From the NCBI GenBank assembly GCA_036170915.1, contig JAVHQC010000026.1, forward strand, positions 1 through 64,000: DNA of 64,000 bases, in the 5' to 3' direction. The notes below the pieces were generated by a model. The model was not told the origin of the DNA and searched no databases. It saw only the letters and a program-made list of their open reading frames with translations. The position numbers and the translations under genes were made by a program. The DNA is from Cyanobacteria bacterium auto_48_18 (GTDB lineage: Bacteria; Cyanobacteriota; Vampirovibrionia; Obscuribacterales; Obscuribacteraceae). Numbering within the stretch: position 1 is the stretch's first letter; each line of letters begins with the position of its first letter. This document shows positions 57,994-64,000 of this stretch, piece after piece.

Positions 57994-59841
57994 TTACTTT
58001 ACTTTGACAGCAAAAGATGGCTCTGTATAATCGCTTGGCAGATATTTTTCAGGAATAGTTGTGCGGTTGCCGTCGCGCAAAGTGGCATAGTGAGGCGACA
58101 TTATTTCAATACCAGCTTGATTAAATTGGTCTTGAATATTTCGATGCAGGTCTGAATAGGTTACTGCCATAATTTGAGGTTTGTTGGTAAAGGCATTGAT
58201 TTCGTAGCTAACAAAAAAGTCGTCCAGACTGGTTTGCAAGACAAATGGAGCTGGTTCAGCCAAAATATTGTCTGTGGCTTTGGCTGCTGCTATCAGTGCG
58301 GCCTGTACGTCGCGCCAGGGGGCGTCATAGCCAATTGTAACTGTGGTGTGCAAAACCAATCCGGTGCGGTTCGATGATGAGCTGTAATTGATAATGTGGC
58401 TGCTTAAGACCATGGCATTAGGAATGGTTATATATTCTTGTTTGATAGTGCGAATGCGTGTGGCTAGTAGGGTTTTCTCGACAACGTCGCCGACAGCATC
58501 TGATATTTTAACTCTGTCTCCTAGTTTGAAAGCACCTGTGTAAGTAAGAAAAACGCCTGCTACTAGATGTGATATCGCTCCGCTTGAACCCAGGGAAAAT
58601 AGTACACCCAAAAAAATCGATACCTGTTGAAATGCTGGTGAACCCGAGCCCGGCAAATACGGGAAAATCAAAACGAAGGCGAAAGCAATCACCAAGAAAC
58701 GAATAATCTTGAAAGTTGGATCTGCCCACTCTGGGTCGAAATTGGCAATGCTAATAGTGCCTCTGCCAACTTCATTGAAGAGAAAATGTACGAAGGCGAC
58801 GAGATAGTAGGTTGCTATTGCAATCAGCATAATGACAAATACGTTGGGCAGGTAGGCCAGTATCGCCGGTAGTGCGACACCAACGACTGGTTGTATGGCC
58901 CAATCGACAATGTCACTGGCTATTCCTCTGGTTTCAGGAAAGAAACTCAAGGCTAAGGGAATGAAAAGGCCAAGCAGAGCAATTACAGTAGCAACTCTGG
59001 TAACTCGCAGTACACCAATCAAAACATCAACTAATGTGTGGTCTGATATTAGTTCGGCGTTTTGAATGCGCAGAGATTTAATTTGCTTGCCTCTGGCTAC
59101 TTCTATCCAGGCGTAAATCTTGGGAAAGAGCCAATTCAAAAACATTAGTGAGAGCATTAAAGCAAGAGCTGAAACTGCGGTCTGGCCAGCAGCCAATAGC
59201 AGGCTGCCTGGGCGATGAGCTTCAATACTTTGCAGTAGTGCCTTCTTTAGGTTAGCGGCTTGGCGCTCAGCCAAGTCCATGCGATTACTTAGGCCCTCGG
59301 CTTTGGCGTCTTGATCTGAAACAATTACCAGGGGGTCGTTACCAATCATGATTTCAGCAACTTGCCGCTGATTTACTGCTCTAATGGTTTCAACTAAATG
59401 CAGATATTGCTTATCACTTTTGGCTTTGTTCAGTCGGCGTTGGATATTTTCAACGCGAGTCGGAATTGAGTAAGGGCCGACACTGTGTCGAATGCGAAAG
59501 ACTTCTATGCCGTCAATTTCTATCGGTAAGCTGTCATCTACTTTTTCGGCCGTGCTGTTCTCTAATTTTGCTGTGTTGCTCGCTGGCTTTGATGTATTGG
59601 CCTCGCCTTTAGTTGACTCCGATTGCGGAGCCACGAACAACTCATCGTCTTCCTGAGGGTTCTTAGTGTTATCAGAGACATTTACGTTTCTAGCTTGCTG
59701 TTTAGAGTCTTGTTGACTAGGCTCTTGTGGACTTGTAACTGGTTGGGCCAGTGCCTGTTGCCAACCGACGCTGCCAACTAAAGAACTGATTAGTAGCAGA
59801 CACTTTATTAAGGTCAGCTTCCAGCGACAATTAACAGCCAT
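57994..59841 (-). CDS. MscS-family mechanosensitive channel with exported N-terminal domain
   Basis: FPYLPGS, FKLGDRV, GDVVEK.LL.TRIRT, TIPN, IGYD, IEIMSPHY. Confidence 0.93.
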   Translation of the reverse strand: MAVNCRWKLTLIKCLLLISSLVGSVGWQQALAQPVTSPQEPSQQDSKQQARNVNVSDNTKNPQEDDELFVAPQSESTKGEANTSKPASNTAKLENSTAEKVDDSLPIEIDGIEVFRIRHSVGPYSIPTRVENIQRRLNKAKSDKQYLHLVETIRAVNQRQVAEIMIGNDPLVIVSDQDAKAEGLSNRMDLAERQAANLKKALLQSIEAHRPGSLLLAAGQTAVSALALMLSLMFLNWLFPKIYAWIEVARGKQIKSLRIQNAELISDHTLVDVLIGVLRVTRVATVIALLGLFIPLALSFFPETRGIASDIVDWAIQPVVGVALPAILAYLPNVFVIMLIAIATYYLVAFVHFLFNEVGRGTISIANFDPEWADPTFKIIRFLVIAFAFVLIFPYLPGSGSPAFQQVSIFLGVLFSLGSSGAISHLVAGVFLTYTGAFKLGDRVKISDAVGDVVEKTLLATRIRTIKQEYITIPNAMVLSSHIINYSSSSNRTGLVLHTTVTIGYDAPWRDVQAALIAAAKATDNILAEPAPFVLQTSLDDFFVSYEINAFTNKPQIMAVTYSDLHRNIQDQFNQAGIEIMSPHYATLRDGNRTTIPEKYLPSDYTEPSFAVKVK

Positions 59842-59882
59842 CTTTGTGAGTCTCCGCGATGTCTTGCATTCACTCAGGCCAA

Positions 59883-60224
59883 CTAGTACTTAATCAAGCT
59901 GGGGTCTACTTCATCTGCCCAACGTAAAATGCCACCGGTTAAATTCATAACTTTTTCAAAACCCTGACTGCGAAGAAAACTGGCGCAGCGATCAGAGCGC
60001 GCGCCTGATCGGCAATAAACAACTATTTCTTCTTGCTTTTGCTTCTCGAGCTCCTGATAACGTTGTGGCAGATCGCCCATGGGAATTTGGGCTGAGTTGT
60101 TGAGTGAACAAATGCCAAGTTCGTGATTTTCTCTGATGTCAAGAATGAAGAGCTTTTCGCCGGCATCAAGGCGCTTCTTCAGTTCCAGCGGGGTTATTTC
60201 AAGTTTTGTCGAATCAATGTTCAT
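59883..60224 (-). CDS. Single-domain rhodanese
   Basis: ITP.ELK, LDIRE..E, YCRSGARS, NLTGGI..W; start ATG 60224. Confidence 0.92.
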   Translation of the reverse strand: MNIDSTKLEITPLELKKRLDAGEKLFILDIRENHELGICSLNNSAQIPMGDLPQRYQELEKQKQEEIVVYCRSGARSDRCASFLRSQGFEKVMNLTGGILRWADEVDPSLIKY

Positions 60225-60315
60225 GGCACCCTTATTTTTGTCCGTAGGCTTTTCTGCTTTTCTTGCGAGCTTTAAGTATAATCTCAACTTGAAGTTCGCA
60301 TTAGGAGGCGCACGC

Positions 60316-60537
60316 GTGGCCAGAACATTAGAAGAAGCCCTTAAAGAAGTACTCACCGACGATAACACGGTCTCTAAATACGAAGCAAAAGTTATTCGCG
60401 AGTTGGTTATGGCCGATGGAGTAGTGACGGAAGATGAGAAGGCAGCTTTGCAACAAGCGCTGTCCAAAAACACTTTCTCAGACGAAGCATTCCAGCTGTT
60501 GTCATCTATTCTCCTCAGATCACATATGAAAGACTAG
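60316..60537 (+). CDS. Small acidic protein with TerB/EF-hand-like D.xVx.xE repeats
   Basis: GTG start after AGGAGG; DDNTVSKYE and ADGVVTEDE. Confidence 0.7.
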   Translation: MARTLEEALKEVLTDDNTVSKYEAKVIRELVMADGVVTEDEKAALQQALSKNTFSDEAFQLLSSILLRSHMKD

Positions 60538-60538
60538 G

Positions 60539-60593
60539 CGCAAACTAGTCGCAAACTAGTCGCAAACTAGTCGCAAACTAGTCGCAAACTAGT
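60539..60593. repeat. Tandem repeat (CGCAAACTAGT)x5
   Basis: Five exact 11-bp copies. Confidence 0.97.
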
Positions 60594-60617
60594 GATAGAT
60601 TAGTCTTACGACAAAGT

Positions 60618-63600
60618 CTATTCCCAGAGTAATCGTTTAGCGAGACTGGGACCAATGCCGAAATACTTGTTCAAAAGCTCGGGTTTTGTCTCGGTAACGA
60701 CGATAAAACCCGGGCTTACATATTTGTTCCAGGCATCTTGGAAAGCCTGACGACCTTTTTCCGAACGGGCCAAAAGATTTGGTACTGCATGGTAACTGCC
60801 GATTCTAGGCTCAGCTCGACCGGCTATATATTTGCGAAAAAAGCGATCGCTTTCTTCTTCTGCAACTGTTTCAGAAAGTGCAAATTCATACTTTGCAATT
60901 AAGTAGGGCTGGTTGGCCAGTGGTGCCAGCACTTCTTTCAGTGATTGATTGAAATTCTTTGATGCCTGGGGCTCGACGTCATCAAGAAAGACTCGATAGC
61001 TGCCATCTGAGCGAATGGTGGCATGAATGCTTTCCTTGCCGACCCCAGGTGGTAAAAGCTTGATCTGTTGCAGTGCCACCATAACGGCGTTGGCGATATC
61101 AACCAGCGATGATTCTTGCGAATTGGGTTGGCAGAGGTCTTTTTTCAATTTTAGGAATAATGCTTTGCGTTTCATGGCAGCCACTGTCAGTGCACCGCAC
61201 ATAGGCACAATCGCGGCCCAGATAAAAGGTGCCATGCCGCCAAAGACCATGGCCGCCGCCACTGCTGCTGATACCAGACCACCCAGGCCTGCATATTCGA
61301 ACCAGAGACCATTGAGGGCAGCGCGCAACTCTCTAGCGTGCTCTTTATACTTGCTATTGTAGCGAATGTGGGGCGGAGTGAGCGCCAGTTTGCGCATTCG
61401 CGCCACTTCCAGACATTCAAGCAATTTATTTTTGTACGGCTCTCCGATTTTCCAGAGATCATAAATTTTGTCACGCACCATCGCCCGTCCCATCATTTCT
61501 TGATTGAAGTCAGCGAATGAAGCAAAAACCTCCGCTGGAGTCAGTTCTGAGAAGGAGGGATGCACGTGACCGACACCACATTCGATTTGACCATCGTCGC
61601 AAATGCCAAAATAGCCGTCATGCTTGCGCACAAAGCGGTGGTAATCGTTCAAGCCTTTTTCTAAACTTGGTGCGATGCAGACAACGTCCCAGTTATTTGC
61701 CACCTTGCGCTCACCAAGAGCGTCGTTTTGAATGCGAATAGAGCGACCTCTCAGTTGTTTGACAGAAACTGCTGAGGTTGTGGTAGTTAAATCTATCAGT
61801 GTATTGAGCGCCTGGCTGTCCCAACCTTCGCCAAATAAACCTCTGGTGCCTATTAAACATTTGGTAATGCCCCGTTCAAAAAGACTGGTGGCAAGGGCCA
61901 CATATAGTCGCGATTCCCATGCTGACGAATTGGCAGTGAGCTGACAGTATTTGTCGCCGGGTTTGTAATTGACAAGCAACTCGAAGTTGTATCCGGCTTC
62001 TTTGATAAAGATTTTTGCTGCTTCGACAAATTGTTCTTGAATAGCGCTGTCCACAAGTAAAAGTGAACCGGTCACCAGGCACGGATTAAGATAAACGGCA
62101 ATCGGGCTCTGCAGCAAAATGCGCATGGTGGCAACGGCACCACCCGACTCTTGACTGAGTACTCCTTCTAAACTTTTGACGGCTGTGGCGGACATTTTTT
62201 CAAAATCAGTGACAACAACAGCCCGCAGTCGATCTTGTAAAACTCGATATTCCATGGCGAGAATTTCAGCAACAGCTTTTGGCTTGGCCTCACTGAAGGC
62301 CAGGACGCGGTCCACTGGTGATGCCTGTTTGCGTAAACCTTGTTCGGTGATGGCATAGCCTAATTTTCTCGTGGCCGAGCGAATGTGATCATAAAGCTGG
62401 TGGCATTTTTGATCACCACTAAGCTTGAGTTTCTTGGAAGCGAAATCTTCAATCAAAATCATCCAGTCTTCAAGCAACGGGGCCTGAGTCAACTCGTGAG
62501 AAAATTCTACCGCCCGTGGCCTTGGTAAGCCGAGCTTCCAGATGGCGCGCAGCAGCGCCGATGCCATGGCTGTTTCGTTTTTGAAATACGTGCTAAAGCC
62601 CTGTTGCAATTCGATCGATTGGGTTAAATCGAAAATATATTGTGTCAGTGGCGGATAGGCCACCACATCGACACCAGCCGGCGCGCTCTGGCTTTTTGTT
62701 GAAACAGGTTGTTGAGATACAGGTAGTAACGATACCCCGCTGGATAAATTTACTTCCCCGCCTGTTGAACTGAAATTAGTTTGCCCGCGGTGCCCTTTTC
62801 CTTCTGCCGTGAAAGAAAACGTTGGCGCTTCAGCATTGATGCTGAGAGCTTGCAATTTTTGATTAGGGTGCGGTTTCAAAAAATCAGCGCCGCACAACTC
62901 TTCAGTAAGAAGATGGAATTCTTGATGCTGATCAGCTAGATAGTCAAATTCTTTTTGTGTCGGTTCTACAAAAAATACAAGATCTTGAAATGGTGCCAGG
63001 CCTTTTTCTTTAACCAGGGCGGGGGTGGGCACCTGATAGTCAATTTCGCCCACAAGGCTCAAATAACGCGTTTCTTGACTGGCGGATTTTTTCTCTGGTG
63101 GTGTACCGGTGAGGCCAATTACAATTGGATTATCAAGGTAGCGAATTAAATGCTGCATGATTGCGGCCCAGTAATCGGTCAGATGGTGGCATTCATCAAA
63201 AAGCACCATTTTGAATTTTTGTCGCCGCAACGCTTGCAGTAACTCACTGGCATTAGGATGCAGAACATCATTTAGATCCATCACTTCGGTCAGACGTTTG
63301 CGCAAGCGGCTTACATGTCTCGAAATTTCTTTTTGATGAGCTTTGGGATTATTTTGAAAAATCTCGATAATGCGCAGTTCAGCTTCGCCTATACCGATAG
63401 AGCGACCCTTCACCAGCTCTTCTACCCATGAATTATGGGCCAACTTTTCTAAATATTCTTGTTCTTTACCAGGAGTGGAAAGCACCTGGTATGTGAGCAC
63501 CGTAATGGGCTTGAGAGGTTTGTCTTCATGCGTGCCCAGCAACTGCTCGGTGCGCTCTTTGGTTTGGTTGTAATCGACCAGTTCGGGCGGCAGAAACAGA

Positions 63601-63881
63601 TCGAGCTTTGACCCCCATTGCGACTGAATAGTGGTGTTGGGGCACAGTATCAAAGCCGGACACTTGAGGTTGCTTATCATTTGCAAACCGATAATAGTTT
63701 TGCCCGCACCAGGTGGTGCCACTATATGCAGCTCTTTTTCGCCTCGAGAGAGCTTCCCGGCAACCAGCTCCAAAATTTCATTTTGGTAGCGGCGCATGGG
63801 ATATCGAAATTGCAAATCGGCGAGCAAAGGGTCTTGCGCCGCCATATATTCTTCAGCAATAGGAATGACTGTTGATCTCAC
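60618..63881 (-). CDS. SF2 (ResIII/DExH-type) helicase with C-terminal TM hairpin
   Basis: YQ, APPGAGKT, TYQ, DECHH, GLTGTP, GEGWD, QLRGRSIR; hydrophobic stretch of about aa 860-905. Confidence 0.88.
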   Translation of the reverse strand: MRSTVIPIAEEYMAAQDPLLADLQFRYPMRRYQNEILELVAGKLSRGEKELHIVAPPGAGKTIIGLQMISNLKCPALILCPNTTIQSQWGSKLDLFLPPELVDYNQTKERTEQLLGTHEDKPLKPITVLTYQVLSTPGKEQEYLEKLAHNSWVEELVKGRSIGIGEAELRIIEIFQNNPKAHQKEISRHVSRLRKRLTEVMDLNDVLHPNASELLQALRRQKFKMVLFDECHHLTDYWAAIMQHLIRYLDNPIVIGLTGTPPEKKSASQETRYLSLVGEIDYQVPTPALVKEKGLAPFQDLVFFVEPTQKEFDYLADQHQEFHLLTEELCGADFLKPHPNQKLQALSINAEAPTFSFTAEGKGHRGQTNFSSTGGEVNLSSGVSLLPVSQQPVSTKSQSAPAGVDVVAYPPLTQYIFDLTQSIELQQGFSTYFKNETAMASALLRAIWKLGLPRPRAVEFSHELTQAPLLEDWMILIEDFASKKLKLSGDQKCHQLYDHIRSATRKLGYAITEQGLRKQASPVDRVLAFSEAKPKAVAEILAMEYRVLQDRLRAVVVTDFEKMSATAVKSLEGVLSQESGGAVATMRILLQSPIAVYLNPCLVTGSLLLVDSAIQEQFVEAAKIFIKEAGYNFELLVNYKPGDKYCQLTANSSAWESRLYVALATSLFERGITKCLIGTRGLFGEGWDSQALNTLIDLTTTTSAVSVKQLRGRSIRIQNDALGERKVANNWDVVCIAPSLEKGLNDYHRFVRKHDGYFGICDDGQIECGVGHVHPSFSELTPAEVFASFADFNQEMMGRAMVRDKIYDLWKIGEPYKNKLLECLEVARMRKLALTPPHIRYNSKYKEHARELRAALNGLWFEYAGLGGLVSAAVAAAMVFGGMAPFIWAAIVPMCGALTVAAMKRKALFLKLKKDLCQPNSQESSLVDIANAVMVALQQIKLLPPGVGKESIHATIRSDGSYRVFLDDVEPQASKNFNQSLKEVLAPLANQPYLIAKYEFALSETVAEEESDRFFRKYIAGRAEPRIGSYHAVPNLLARSEKGRQAFQDAWNKYVSPGFIVVTETKPELLNKYFGIGPSLAKRLLWE

Positions 63882-64000
63882 GTAAGCAAATTCTACGCCA
63901 AATTTCCTGAATATTGCCGCTTTTACGCTCTGTGGAGGGAAATTAAAGGGAAAGGCGGCTCGCGGATAGTTACAATGAATCAGTTATCCGATATGGAATC

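Noticed and set aside
59883..60537. Long overlapping antiparallel ORFs (59883..60473 and 60136..60537)
   Set aside because: Better starts with RBS at 60224 (-) and 60316 (+) remove the overlap
60539..60593. CRISPR array
   Set aside because: 11-bp units with no spacers and no cas genes in the window
1..64000. Prophage, IS, tRNA or rRNA genes, and the many short antisense ORFs in the track
   Set aside because: No integrase, transposase, phage structural genes or tRNA cloverleafs recognised; the short ORFs are shadows of well-supported genes

Overview
64 kb of ordinary-looking bacterial chromosome. It is most likely from a non-photosynthetic relative of Cyanobacteria (Melainabacteria/Vampirovibrionia, Obscuribacterales-like). 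That assignment is inferred from the cyanobacterial-type SecG and RRM protein, a TM+TPR Ser/Thr kinase, lpxB/msbA, no photosynthesis genes and almost no HIP1 sites by eye. Core content is a split purine operon (purF-purC-purD divergent from purE-purK), xpt, a DEAD-box helicase with an RRM protein, secG-menG-lpxB-msbA, ackA, a carboxyltransferase, two acyl-CoA ligases, SQR, yqgF, sixA, cutA, MscS, a rhodanese and many secreted or TPR hypotheticals. No tRNA, rRNA, CRISPR, integrase or transposase was seen. The most interesting part is 15.7-23.1 kb, a visibly AT-richer imuA-imuB-dnaE2 mutagenesis cassette with no adjacent lexA. Its sigma70-like promoter has a perfect palindrome ACCATAC-N4-GTATGGT filling the -35/-10 spacer. 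It is flanked by a divergent Rrf2 regulator, an orphan sce7726-family PD-(D/E)XK nuclease and an unannotated 42-aa hydrophobic peptide behind a structured leader. Other oddities: a His-to-Arg pseudo-Hpt, an NDT-like/amidohydrolase-like fusion, a flippase-less MprF-type transferase next to a hydrolase, a probable ATC start codon, a ~50-aa insert in LpxB, a membrane-anchored SF2 helicase, a 23-bp perfect inverted repeat and a 5x11-bp tandem repeat. All family calls come from motif recognition by eye; no database searches were run.
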